Shown piece by piece: positions 31,510 to 41,238 of a DNA stretch of 64,000 nt. Each line of letters starts with the position of its first letter. Within the stretch, counting starts at the first letter, position 1. The stretch comes from a virus. The stretch is taken from positions 253 through 64,252 of the IMG/VR virus record IMGVR_UViG_3300029585_000027; one strand, 5' to 3'. The translations under genes were made by a program, and so were the position numbers. Below the pieces are notes generated by a model, which saw only the letters and a program-made list of their open reading frames with translations, did not search any database and was not told the DNA's origin.

Positions 31510-33954
31510 ATGGCAGAGCACGAACCAGGCAATAAAGCAAAGGGCGCAGTTGACCCAACCCCGGCAGAAATTCTAGCGGCGGCACCAGTCGTCCAAGAAT
31601 CTAATGAGGGTAAGTCAGATTTTCGTCGTGTTTACGCCAGCACTGAACGTAACATGATCCTAGCCAAGAATCAACCTAGTCAAGCTAAGGCTGGATTTGG
31701 GTTTTATGGCGAGAACCTTGGAAATGACCTCTACGCCCCGCCTGTCGAGTTCGCCGGGCAGGGAAACAATGGAGGCTTTTTCGGATCTTCCGACCCGTAT
31801 AGCAACCCCGCGCGATATGGTGCATTTGGGGGTGTTGGCTACCAAGGCAAGGAAGGTTGGGTGTATGGCCAGGGCGGCAGCATTAACGTTGATCACCAGC
31901 GTATCGCTCAATGCGTCTTGCTATACAAGACTGAAGGCATTGTCCAGACGATCGTTCACCTATTGGCTGACTTTACAGTCGAGAACATCGATCTTGTTCA
32001 CGAGGACGACACAGTCCATAACTTCTACCAATCGTGGAAGACGAAGATTCGACTTAAGGAGCGACTACATCGCTTCGTAGTAGACCTTCTAAGAACGGGC
32101 AATGTCTTTATCTGGACCAAGGAAGCAAAGCTGAAGACCGCTGAAAAAACCGCGATGAAGCGTGGTGTGGCTGCCCAACTTATTGGTGACGAGCTTGTAG
32201 TCCAACTCGAAGAGAAGGGCAAGCAACTTCGTGACAAGACTATTGCAGTGCAACTAGAAGATGATGATATCACAAAGTTCAAGGAGCTAAGTGATGCATG
32301 TCGCACGAATGCCAGCGCCGGACATGTTAATGAGGTAATGCTGGGACGGGCAGATGCCTCGGATCGTAACTCTGTTAAGGATCCAAACACTCCAAAACAG
32401 GCACAAGCAATCATCCCATGGGACTACATCTCCCTAAACCCGCTACAGATGGAGCCGCGTGGTTCACGCTTCGCGAATGAACATTACTGGGTAATGATGC
32501 TTAGCCAACGAGACATGAAGCCACTATCGCGCTTTATGTCGTATCGCCACTACAGTGATATTGGCACAACCAAAATCAACATTCCTGAAATCTTCAGGGG
32601 TAAGCTCCAGCCAGCAAAGAAGGGCTCTCCATATGCGGCAGAGCTACGTCTAGACGACGAACGCCTATCTGTGATCCAAGATATTACCAAGGCGGATTAT
32701 GAAGACTGGGCTACTCCGCAAATCTACCCAGCGTGCAAGGAAGTCAACTTCAAGCGCATGCTACGTCAGGGTGAGATCTCAGCAATGGAATCGCTAAAGC
32801 ACGCCGTTACGTTGATCAAGCTTGGCGACGTGGCAGAAGGCTTTATCCCGACTGAAGAACAAATCGAACGCGTAGCAGCCGCCCTGGCTGGTGGATCTCA
32901 GGTCCATCACCTAGTATGGGATAACCTCATCGAGGGTCAGATGCTACAACCTAACATTGGTAACATCTTCGATCCGAAGAAGTATGAACAGGTTGACAAG
33001 GACATCTACGCTTCGTTGGGTGTCTCTGAATCTGTAATGGCTGGTAAGGGTAGCTTTGCTAACTCATTCATGTCCGTCAAGCTGCTTCTAGAAAAACTTG
33101 AGACCATTCGTTGCAAGCTTGAAGATTGGCTGCGAGTTGAAGTGAAGAAGATTGCTGATGCAATGAAGTTTAGGCGTCTCCCGATCATCAAGTGGGGGCT
33201 AATGAATCTACGCGATGAGAACGCTGAACGAAAGCTATGGATCGACTTGTATGATCGTGGCATTGTTTCCGATGAATCTATGCTTGAGCAATTCGGGACT
33301 GACTTTAACATCGAGTCAGAACGCCAGAAGTATGAAAAGAAGATCAAGGAAGAAGAAAACAAGGGGATTAAGCAGGACGACAAGAAGTTCCGCTCGCCGG
33401 TCATGGTCTCTCAGGGACCATTCAAGCGTAGCGTTCTTGAGCCACCTAAGCCAAAGCCTGCCGGTGGCGCTGGTGGAAGACCAGTTAAAACTGGAACGCC
33501 CCAGACAAAGAAGCGCAATACCAAGCCAAAGGGAATGGGATCTATCCAGAAGTTCCAGCGCTTCCATCAATTTGCTACTGATGCCGTCAAGTTAATTGCA
33601 GACACCGCTACTGATATGGCGGTCAAAGCTCAGGAGGTCAGGGACTCTCGCTCCTTAACTAAAGCCCAGAAGGTTGAGCTTGAACAAATCGTAACGCATA
33701 CTCTAGCTGCTCTGGATCCTAACACTAAGTTAAGTCAAGATTTAGTGTATGATCTACTAAAGGGTAATGATGATGCCTTCTCGACGGAGAGGTGCAAGCG
33801 AATTGTTGCTCTTTATCAGGAAGAGGCATCCGAGGTTACTACCAAGGAAGAGCGCCTGGACCTGATGTGCAATGCATTCGCCGCAATTAACGCAGATCTG
33901 CTGGAGGATTACGATGATCAAGAAGATACTAGAACTGCTGGGCAAGGCAGCTAA
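31510..33954 (+). CDS. Portal protein
   Basis: 814 aa directly after TerL and before the protease; mostly helical; synteny. Confidence 0.8.
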   Translation: MAEHEPGNKAKGAVDPTPAEILAAAPVVQESNEGKSDFRRVYASTERNMILAKNQPSQAKAGFGFYGENLGNDLYAPPVEFAGQGNNGGFFGSSDPYSNPARYGAFGGVGYQGKEGWVYGQGGSINVDHQRIAQCVLLYKTEGIVQTIVHLLADFTVENIDLVHEDDTVHNFYQSWKTKIRLKERLHRFVVDLLRTGNVFIWTKEAKLKTAEKTAMKRGVAAQLIGDELVVQLEEKGKQLRDKTIAVQLEDDDITKFKELSDACRTNASAGHVNEVMLGRADASDRNSVKDPNTPKQAQAIIPWDYISLNPLQMEPRGSRFANEHYWVMMLSQRDMKPLSRFMSYRHYSDIGTTKINIPEIFRGKLQPAKKGSPYAAELRLDDERLSVIQDITKADYEDWATPQIYPACKEVNFKRMLRQGEISAMESLKHAVTLIKLGDVAEGFIPTEEQIERVAAALAGGSQVHHLVWDNLIEGQMLQPNIGNIFDPKKYEQVDKDIYASLGVSESVMAGKGSFANSFMSVKLLLEKLETIRCKLEDWLRVEVKKIADAMKFRRLPIIKWGLMNLRDENAERKLWIDLYDRGIVSDESMLEQFGTDFNIESERQKYEKKIKEEENKGIKQDDKKFRSPVMVSQGPFKRSVLEPPKPKPAGGAGGRPVKTGTPQTKKRNTKPKGMGSIQKFQRFHQFATDAVKLIADTATDMAVKAQEVRDSRSLTKAQKVELEQIVTHTLAALDPNTKLSQDLVYDLLKGNDDAFSTERCKRIVALYQEEASEVTTKEERLDLMCNAFAAINADLLEDYDDQEDTRTAGQGS

Positions 33955-34069
33955 GTATATCGGTCAAGCCATTATGTGGCTAGGTCGACTATTACGGGTA
34001 GTCAAGGCTGCCGAAGAAGAAGTCAAGGAAATCTCGGAAGAGGGGAAGAATAATGACCAACCCAAGTGA
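33914..34069 (+). CDS. small hypothetical protein
   Basis: MIKKILELLGK...; amphipathic, GGAGG upstream. Confidence 0.45.
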   Translation: MIKKILELLGKAAKYIGQAIMWLGRLLRVVKAAEEEVKEISEEGKNNDQPK

Positions 34070-34382
34070 TAAGTCTGGCCTAGAACTAGAGGCTGCCCAC
34101 AGAATCGATCGTCTAGCTGCCGAATTGGGAACCCCAAAGGCAAAGGCTACCGACGCTCCACCAATTGTAATCGTTAGCGATGGCACGCCGGAAGGCACCA
34201 TGCTAATGCTTCATGGCCAACAGGTCCCCGCTCAACGCATCTCGATGTATTGCAGCAATGATCCGGATTACTCTTGTTGCGATCTCAGCATTACGGTTGA
34301 GAGCACTGACGAGGGTGGTCTTACTGTCCAAAAGACACTTACGCTCCGAAAGGAGCCATCTGCTAACAAGGACGCATACTAA
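34053..34382 (+). CDS. hypothetical protein
   Basis: 109 aa, coupled. Confidence 0.6.
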   Translation: MTNPSDKSGLELEAAHRIDRLAAELGTPKAKATDAPPIVIVSDGTPEGTMLMLHGQQVPAQRISMYCSNDPDYSCCDLSITVESTDEGGLTVQKTLTLRKEPSANKDAY

Positions 34383-34609
34383 TGGCTATTGCAACTAACC
34401 CCGGTCCGTTTGCTGGTGATTCCTTTGATAAGGATCGTAACCGCATTCGTCGTATTACGTTTTGCATTGGATCAGTTAAGACTGCGGCGCATCTAGATAA
34501 CCAAAGATCTGGAACGACTCCTGGATACTCTAAGGTCCGCGATGATTCTAGTGATCCAAATAACATCCAGACCGCTGAGCGCCCGACTTATATCACTGAG
34601 GAAGCGTAA
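34382..34609 (+). CDS. hypothetical (possibly virion) protein
   Basis: 75 aa, coupled. Confidence 0.6.
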   Translation: MAIATNPGPFAGDSFDKDRNRIRRITFCIGSVKTAAHLDNQRSGTTPGYSKVRDDSSDPNNIQTAERPTYITEEA

Positions 34610-34824
34610 TGTCTAATTGGAGAACTGATGATGACCGAGCTAAAGAACTCGGTATGACTCTAGACCAATTTAGGAGTCTCATTGGTGATGACCCGCTAGA
34701 GCAATACTATTCTGACGCTGGCTATAAGGGACCTAGTGATAGTCCCAAGAAGGACGATAAAAAGTCTGAAAAGCCAGCCAAGAAGGAAGTTAAGGCTGAA
34801 GACGGTAATTCTGAACAAGATTAA
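34609..34824 (+). CDS. hypothetical protein
   Basis: 71 aa, coupled. Confidence 0.6.
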   Translation: MSNWRTDDDRAKELGMTLDQFRSLIGDDPLEQYYSDAGYKGPSDSPKKDDKKSEKPAKKEVKAEDGNSEQD

Positions 34825-34841
34825 CTAATCCTTCTGCACCT

Positions 34842-34850
34842 TTAGTGTAT
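34842..34850 (+). promoter_or_regulatory. putative late promoter motif TTAGTGTAT
   Basis: Intergenic, 10 nt before the protease ATG. Confidence 0.65.
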
Positions 34851-34860
34851 AAGCATTAAC

Positions 34861-36618
34861 ATGGCCAATAACACACCAAAACTTAGAGCGACAGCTATCC
34901 GACAAATTCGGTTTGCTCGCCCCTCAAAGATCAATGAGGGGAAGATTACAGCCGCATTTTCTAAGCTGTCTAACACACTAGACACTAGTGTTGATGACCT
35001 ACGTAATCAGGCTGACCTGTTGCACGTAGAGGCGGTTTTGGTTTCCGAAGGTATTAACGAGAACGATGATGCCTTCCTGCGCGCGGAATTAAAGCGCGCC
35101 ATCTCAAGCCCAATTCTCAAGCCGATGAATTGGCAACATAAGGACGATCAGATCCTCGGCGCGATGTATGCTGTAGAAGCCCGCGACCTAGAAGGTAATG
35201 TCCTTGCGGCGGAAGAAATTGAAGAACAGCCTATTGAGCTAGTGATTCAAGGTGTCGTATGGCACTCACTTCCCCACATTAAGTCCACTGCGAGTGAGAT
35301 CGTCCAACGTATTGAAAAGGGCGATCTTTTCGTATCAATGGAATGCTGGTTTGACGACTACGACTATGGGCTATACACCCAAGCCGGCGAGTTGTTTGAC
35401 TGCATTGAACGTAAACCAGAAACCGCCTTCCTGGACGGACGTCTTCGTGCGAACGGTGGAACTGGAACATACAATGGTATGCGTATTGGTAGAGCATTGT
35501 CTGGAGTTAGTTTCGGAGGCGTAGCCTTCGTGGACCGACCAGCCAACAGGCGCTCGTTTATTCTCAACCACTTTGCTTTTGACCCACTCGCAGAAGTGGA
35601 AGAGGTAGAAGCGGGTAGTAATGATTTGATTCAGGATCAAGTCGCTACACAAACAACGTTGTTTAGTAATGCAAATCAACCATCGGAGGTTAATATGAAC
35701 GATCTGAACCGTGCTGCTGCCAGCGCCGAAGAGATCCAGAAGGGTGTAGAAAAGGCACTAGACGCGCGTCAACGCGCCGAAGCTGCTGAGCGCACTGCTG
35801 CTGATCTACAGAAGGCAACCGCAAAGAACGCACAACTAGAGAGCAACCTAGCTGAGGCTAAGGAAGCTCTAGCATCGCTTCAGAACGCTATCGATCAGGC
35901 ATATGCCGGCGCAACCACTGACACTCCAGCCGAGATCTCCAAGATCGACAAGGCTCTTGAGGTCAAGGGTCCGGGCGCTGGTGACGCAGTTTGGGCTGCT
36001 AAGATTGCTTGGATCGCTGACAGCCGCAAGGCAGTAGCGAGCGCTCTTGTTGAAAACAAGGACGTCGAAGCTGACACGAAGCTAATCGAAGAGAACACTG
36101 CTCTTAAGGCAGAACTCAACACCATCAAGACCGATCTTCGCAAGCGTGAAATCGAATACCTCTTCGCTGAGGTTCTCGAAATGAGCAAGGAAGAAACGGA
36201 CAAGTTCGTTGAAGCTGGCCTAGCCAAGGCTACTGACGAAGACTACAACACTTGGCTAGACGAGAAGAAGCTCTTTGCAAACAAGATGCTTGATCTCAAG
36301 AAGAAGAAGGACAAGAAGGATGAGAGCAAGGCTTCGGAAGAAGCGGATGCCGGTCTTCTAGAGCCGTCTGATCGTGAAACCGGGATTGAGGATCATGGCG
36401 CGAAGCTTCGCCCAGACCTTGGTCGCGTCCCAAGCGATATGCCACGCGTTCCACGCACGAAGCTAAACGCTTCTGCTGATCTTGACGCAATGTTTGAGGA
36501 AGTTGATGGTCCTAATCTAGCTGGCGCAAGCGCCGACGAGAACAAGGCCCCATCGGCGATGACCCGCCTTGTGGCTGGTCTTCTCAAGTCCAAGAATGAC
36601 ACCGAGAAGGAGGTCTAA
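34861..36618 (+). CDS. Prohead protease fused to a scaffold-like coiled coil
   Basis: N-INENDDAF, PMNWQH, VSMEC, FGGVAFVDRPAN; Ala/Glu/Lys-rich C-terminal half. Confidence 0.8.
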   Translation: MANNTPKLRATAIRQIRFARPSKINEGKITAAFSKLSNTLDTSVDDLRNQADLLHVEAVLVSEGINENDDAFLRAELKRAISSPILKPMNWQHKDDQILGAMYAVEARDLEGNVLAAEEIEEQPIELVIQGVVWHSLPHIKSTASEIVQRIEKGDLFVSMECWFDDYDYGLYTQAGELFDCIERKPETAFLDGRLRANGGTGTYNGMRIGRALSGVSFGGVAFVDRPANRRSFILNHFAFDPLAEVEEVEAGSNDLIQDQVATQTTLFSNANQPSEVNMNDLNRAAASAEEIQKGVEKALDARQRAEAAERTAADLQKATAKNAQLESNLAEAKEALASLQNAIDQAYAGATTDTPAEISKIDKALEVKGPGAGDAVWAAKIAWIADSRKAVASALVENKDVEADTKLIEENTALKAELNTIKTDLRKREIEYLFAEVLEMSKEETDKFVEAGLAKATDEDYNTWLDEKKLFANKMLDLKKKKDKKDESKASEEADAGLLEPSDRETGIEDHGAKLRPDLGRVPSDMPRVPRTKLNASADLDAMFEEVDGPNLAGASADENKAPSAMTRLVAGLLKSKNDTEKEV

Positions 36619-36620
36619 TC

Positions 36621-37094
36621 ATGGCACTTAAGAGTGGAGGTCTAAGCCACCGTCACGAGACCACAATGCAATACATCCTTGACCGCGCCGCAGAGCCGGG
36701 CACGCTTGTTGTTGCTTCTGGTGTTGCTGGTAAGGTGGATGTTGCGGGCGGAAGTGCCGCTGAGGTTGGTGCTTCTGGCACTTGGCCAATCGGTGTGCTT
36801 CTAAACACCCGCGAAGAGTTTAACTACGCCAAGGAACTTGAGCGTGTTCAATACGATACGGATGACATCGGCACTGTTGTTACCCTACTACGTCGTGGTG
36901 AGCTAGACACTGATCTAGTTATCGCGAATGGTGGTGTTGCAATTGCTCCTGGTCAGCCGGCTTACCTTGCCCCAGATGGCAAGATCGGTAACGCAAACCT
37001 CAGCGCCGCAGGCGGCGAAGAGCAACGCGTTGGTCAATTCATGGAAGCAGTTGATTCGGACGGCTTTGCCCGTGTGCGAATCGAACTACAATAA
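36621..37094 (+). CDS. Capsid decoration/cement protein
   Basis: Between protease and MCP; PIGVLL, PGQPAYL...GKI, VGQF, GFARVRI. Confidence 0.7.
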   Translation: MALKSGGLSHRHETTMQYILDRAAEPGTLVVASGVAGKVDVAGGSAAEVGASGTWPIGVLLNTREEFNYAKELERVQYDTDDIGTVVTLLRRGELDTDLVIANGGVAIAPGQPAYLAPDGKIGNANLSAAGGEEQRVGQFMEAVDSDGFARVRIELQ

Positions 37095-37112
37095 TCAACG
37101 GAGGAAACAGAT

Positions 37113-38141
37113 ATGTATGAGAAGAAGAATGAGGAGACTCTAACGCTTCTACGTGCGATGGCCTCCCGCGATCAGCGAAAGGCTGACGCCGCACGACAGG
37201 CGTTTGCACAGGAGCTTATTTCTCCACTACGTCGAGGCATCTTTGATGCTGACAACCTAGGCGAGATCTACAGCCCACAGGTAATCCCTTACGGTGCGAC
37301 GGCTAGCTACCCGCTAGACTTTGTCCGTCCGGGTGATGAGGACGCCTACACCGCCTATACTCTAGCTGAGCAGGGTCGCCTGCCCGAGCGTCGAGTTGAA
37401 GCGTCGGAAATCAACGTGCCTACCTTCAAGATCGGTAACTCGATCGACTGGGACATCAAGTTCATGAAGGAAGCTCGTTGGGATGTTGTTCAGCGCGCAC
37501 TAGCAGTCTTTGAGGCTGGCTTTGTTCGCAAGATCAACTCTGACGGATGGCGCACTGTCCTTGCCGCTGCTGCGGACCGAGGTCTGATCGTGCAAGCTAA
37601 CGGCACCGCCGCATTCACGGGTTCTGCAAGCTGTCTAACGACTGCTGCCAGCGCTGGTGAGTTCACGAAGGAGCTTGTTAGTCGTATGCACACCGCGATG
37701 ACTCGTGGTGCGGGTGGTAACGGTAACGCCGGTCGTTTGACTGACCTTTACCTATCGCTTGAGGCAATGGAGTGTGTTCGCGCATGGGACGCAACCCGAA
37801 TCGACGAGTTCACTCGTCGTGAGATCTTCACGAGCGCCGACAAGGGGCTTGCTAAGGTCTACGGTGTAATCATGCACGCAATGACCGAGTTTGGTCAGGA
37901 TCAGGAATACGATGCATTCCTAGAAACTGTCCTAGGTCTCGCCAAGCCGGGCTCGACCGAGCAGTTCTGCGTCGGTCTCGATCTAAGCACTGACGACTCG
38001 TTCGTCATGCCGATCAAGGAAGAGCTTGAAGTGTATGACGACCCGAACCTCACGCGCTTCCAGCGTATGGGCGTTTACGGTTGGATGCGCCATGGCTTCG
38101 CCTGCCTCGACAACCGTCGAGTGCTACTAGGCGCTTTCTAA
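37113..38141 (+). CDS. Major capsid protein (HK97-like fold inferred)
   Basis: 342 aa, strong RBS, followed by a terminator; synteny. Confidence 0.8.
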   Translation: MYEKKNEETLTLLRAMASRDQRKADAARQAFAQELISPLRRGIFDADNLGEIYSPQVIPYGATASYPLDFVRPGDEDAYTAYTLAEQGRLPERRVEASEINVPTFKIGNSIDWDIKFMKEARWDVVQRALAVFEAGFVRKINSDGWRTVLAAAADRGLIVQANGTAAFTGSASCLTTAASAGEFTKELVSRMHTAMTRGAGGNGNAGRLTDLYLSLEAMECVRAWDATRIDEFTRREIFTSADKGLAKVYGVIMHAMTEFGQDQEYDAFLETVLGLAKPGSTEQFCVGLDLSTDDSFVMPIKEELEVYDDPNLTRFQRMGVYGWMRHGFACLDNRRVLLGAF

Positions 38142-38168
38142 TCCTTACGGGTTAGATTCAAAACAGAG

Positions 38169-38200
38169 AAGGGGGTGGCTTAGGCCACCCCTTTTTCGTT
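38169..38200 (+). terminator. intrinsic terminator after MCP
   Basis: AAGGGGGTGGC-TTAG-GCCACCCCTTTTT. Confidence 0.9.
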
Positions 38201-38211
38201 TCGTGTCCAAA

Positions 38212-38220
38212 TTAGTGTAT
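38212..38220 (+). promoter_or_regulatory. putative late promoter motif TTAGTGTAT
   Basis: Intergenic, directly after the terminator. Confidence 0.65.
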
Positions 38221-38267
38221 TAGATACTTAACAACGGACATACCAGTAATCACTAAGGAGGGCTCAC

Positions 38268-39218
38268 ATGGCACAGGACGGCAAAATTCTAACAGTGGGC
38301 ACCGCAGCCACCGAGCTTGATATTTACGTCACAGCCGGTCAAAACGGAGCACCGCTCGATCCTACGGATATCCGATTCAGGATCTTTGACCCAACGGGTG
38401 CAGAAGCGGTTACTGAAACCGTAGGCACAAAGACCGGAGTCGGTGTATACACGGCATCTGGCGCGCTCATTCCCACAGGTTTTCAACTAGGTGAGAATTG
38501 GAGCATTAAATGGGATATCACAACCCCATCATCCAGTGGTCAATCCACTGAGTTATTTTGTGTGGCAGCGGCAGACCTCGCAACATCATTTGCCAACCCT
38601 GCCGGTAACAGCATTGAGAGTCTGTTTGACAGAGTGAGGATTGATATTGGCGATCCCGATGCAATGATTTTCACTGACGGCTTAATGCGTCGCACACTAA
38701 AGAAGGCTGTAAGTAGGGTCAATAGAAGGCTTGGACTAGTCCAGGTATCTAACGATAGCCATTTCATTTGGCTTATTGCATTCACATCTAGAACATCAAC
38801 ACCAGTTCTAACCCTCGATCTGTCTGCTGGAACTATCACTCCGTCTACAGATCCATATGCCGATATCCTAGTCTTGCAGATGGAAGAGATTTTGCTAACC
38901 GGCGAAACAGTTGCCTTGCAACGTCTCAATCAAGCAACTGCTGGTGCATTCGGTAGTGGTATCGTTGGCGTAGCTGGCGATGGCGTATCCGCAACCAATG
39001 CTGATGGAGTAAGCATCTCAAAAGCTGTCGGTCGTCTAAGTCACCGTGCTGATCTAGCGAAATTTAACCTCACCAACATTCGTCAGGAACTTGAGGCTGC
39101 AATCAAGGACCTTCGTTGGAGGCTCGCAGGAGGCTCAGGACGCGATGTTTCCATCCCGAGGTTCGGTGGGTTCCGTGGTCCATATGGGGGCAATGGTGGC
39201 GGTTACGGAGCCTGCTAA
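38268..39218 (+). CDS. Head-tail adaptor / neck protein
   Basis: Follows MCP; beta-rich N-terminus plus VRIDIGD...LKKAVSRVN adaptor-like segment. Confidence 0.55.
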   Translation: MAQDGKILTVGTAATELDIYVTAGQNGAPLDPTDIRFRIFDPTGAEAVTETVGTKTGVGVYTASGALIPTGFQLGENWSIKWDITTPSSSGQSTELFCVAAADLATSFANPAGNSIESLFDRVRIDIGDPDAMIFTDGLMRRTLKKAVSRVNRRLGLVQVSNDSHFIWLIAFTSRTSTPVLTLDLSAGTITPSTDPYADILVLQMEEILLTGETVALQRLNQATAGAFGSGIVGVAGDGVSATNADGVSISKAVGRLSHRADLAKFNLTNIRQELEAAIKDLRWRLAGGSGRDVSIPRFGGFRGPYGGNGGGYGAC

Positions 39219-39550
39219 TGCTTGTATTTTACCGACACCCTAAAGGTTCGACCATGATCAATGGTGTAAGAATCTATGGCTTCCTAGAGATGCACGGTCC
39301 GGTGGTCGTGCCTTGGGAGGTCTATAAAGAGTGTCAGGATAGTCTCATTCAGGCTTCATACACCAAAGACATTCTAGAAGAGTTATTTCCAGATAGGCAA
39401 TTTCCCAACCTATCCTTTACATATAGTGAACTAAGACATCTAGACTGGGAGCAGATGTGCTCTTTGTGTAAGTCATTTGGATTCACTACCAACAGGTCAA
39501 AGGAATCACGTCGTCGTAAGCTACGTAAATTCCTAAAGGAGAATTGCTGA
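39218..39550 (+). CDS. hypothetical protein
   Basis: 110 aa, coupled. Confidence 0.55.
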   Translation: MLVFYRHPKGSTMINGVRIYGFLEMHGPVVVPWEVYKECQDSLIQASYTKDILEELFPDRQFPNLSFTYSELRHLDWEQMCSLCKSFGFTTNRSKESRRRKLRKFLKENC

Positions 39551-40098
39551 TGTTAGGATTTGACCAACAAATTGGTGATCAGAGATGTGACTACGTCAAC
39601 CCATTTCAGGTTGAGCGTGGTGGCGTTCTATCACTTGAAACCCTCAGCGGCATCCAATACGCTACGTATGTAGCAAACCCCACTCAATCAACTGTTCCGA
39701 TCGGCATCATGCAACATGATCAGGAAGAGGTTGATCTATATCGTGCAGTTGCTCCCTGGCGGACTCGTAGGGCTTATCCGGAATTTACTCCATACCCTTA
39801 CATAATCCTTGGCACCGTTGTTACTAATGCCATCCACCCGGATATCGACCCGGCATCCGTTCGTCCAGGAGCACCTGCATACCTAGCCCCGTCAGGCTTG
39901 ATCACATCAGTAACTACATTCAATAGCAGACGCATTGGCACGTTTGACAGCCTGCTTAATGATCCGTCAGTGAGTGTTCCGGGGAATCGCAACCAGGGCT
40001 CGTCTATGCGAGTAGCTGGGAACGAAGCCATCGTTAATCCGCAACCCGCCACAGTCCCTACTGCTGGCTGGGCTAGAATCAGAGTAAACATTCGATAA
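39550..40098 (+). CDS. Paralog of the decoration protein
   Basis: PIGI, PGAPAYLAPSGLI, RIGTF, GWARIRV. Confidence 0.6.
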   Translation: MLGFDQQIGDQRCDYVNPFQVERGGVLSLETLSGIQYATYVANPTQSTVPIGIMQHDQEEVDLYRAVAPWRTRRAYPEFTPYPYIILGTVVTNAIHPDIDPASVRPGAPAYLAPSGLITSVTTFNSRRIGTFDSLLNDPSVSVPGNRNQGSSMRVAGNEAIVNPQPATVPTAGWARIRVNIR

Positions 40099-40099
40099 C

Positions 40100-40687
40100 A
40101 TGGAACACCCTATTAAGTCATATCTAGATGCCTATGAAGCTATCCCGGGATGGGATACCCTTAGAACTCAACGCATGCCAGAAATTGTAGACATGGCATT
40201 GGCTGGAGCTAGTGGTGACATTCTAGAGATTGGGGCGCACCAGGGGTTAACAACCGTAGAATTGTGTCGTGTCGGAAAGAAGTATGATCGTCACGTTTAC
40301 GTTATTGACCCATGGGATGGTCGTCAAGAAGGTAATGGCAAGGTCATGGAGAACTTCAACGACAATACACGTCACCACTCAAACCTAACAGTTCACAAAG
40401 TCGGGTCTGAAGCTCTAGGTCCAATGAGACAATTCATTGATGACAAGACAAGATTTGCTTTCGTTCTCATTGACGGCTTGCATACCTATGGAGCGGTTCA
40501 AAACGATATCGAAAAGTATGCTGCACTACTGACAGACAACAGTATTCTGTGTATTGATGACTGGCGTGGCCCTTATGGGTTCTCTGCCAAGATTCGAGAA
40601 GCGGCAGCAGATCATCTAGATGAATCATTTACGTGTCTAGAGGCTCCAGACTCATTCATTGAACAATACTTCGTCAGGCGACAATAG
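40100..40687 (+). CDS. Class I SAM-dependent methyltransferase (Methyltransf_24-like)
   Basis: ILEIGAHQG, YVIDPW, VLIDGLHTYGAV..DI, LCIDD. Confidence 0.85.
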   Translation: MEHPIKSYLDAYEAIPGWDTLRTQRMPEIVDMALAGASGDILEIGAHQGLTTVELCRVGKKYDRHVYVIDPWDGRQEGNGKVMENFNDNTRHHSNLTVHKVGSEALGPMRQFIDDKTRFAFVLIDGLHTYGAVQNDIEKYAALLTDNSILCIDDWRGPYGFSAKIREAAADHLDESFTCLEAPDSFIEQYFVRRQ

Positions 40688-40695
40688 GAGATCTA

Positions 40696-41238
40696 ATGGT
40701 AGATAAAAGAGACGTCAACCCACTAGGCTTGCCATTCCCAGACGATGGCTCATTCTCAGACATTCAGAATGAGTTTGAAAATTGCTATGACGCAATCTTC
40801 GATAGCGCATTCTTTGCACTTGGAAGAAACATTGTGTTACATCTAGAGCCGGAAAGGACAATTGAGACTTCTGGTCTTCAAGCAAGCACACCAGCGGTTC
40901 ACTACAATCCATTCCAACGTCGAGGTGGTCGTCAAGTCCCTAGCCAGATTTCGACTACTAGAATGCCAGCAGTCAGAATGACGCACCGCGATGTGACATA
41001 TATTGCTCAAATCAAGCATGGTCCGCGTAGTGTGGATGAAAAGGGTGGTATTGAATTACTCAATGGTGAGGTAACAACAACAACCGTCATTGAGTCTAGG
41101 CCACACATTAATCAATGTCACACAGCCACAATTGATGGCATGCGATACAAACTAGAATGGGTTCGCCCCATCGGTTTTCGCGATGTTAGATACGCAATCT
41201 CAAAGTGGAAGATTGTCAACGAATCCGAGAATCCATAA
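40696..41238 (+). CDS. putative head-closure/neck protein
   Basis: 180 aa; synteny. Confidence 0.45.
   Translation: MVDKRDVNPLGLPFPDDGSFSDIQNEFENCYDAIFDSAFFALGRNIVLHLEPERTIETSGLQASTPAVHYNPFQRRGGRQVPSQISTTRMPAVRMTHRDVTYIAQIKHGPRSVDEKGGIELLNGEVTTTTVIESRPHINQCHTATIDGMRYKLEWVRPIGFRDVRYAISKWKIVNESENP

Noticed and set aside
29404-33954. Intein or intron in terminase or portal (both long)
   Set aside because: No C/S...HN intein ends, LAGLIDADG motifs or frame breaks were seen.
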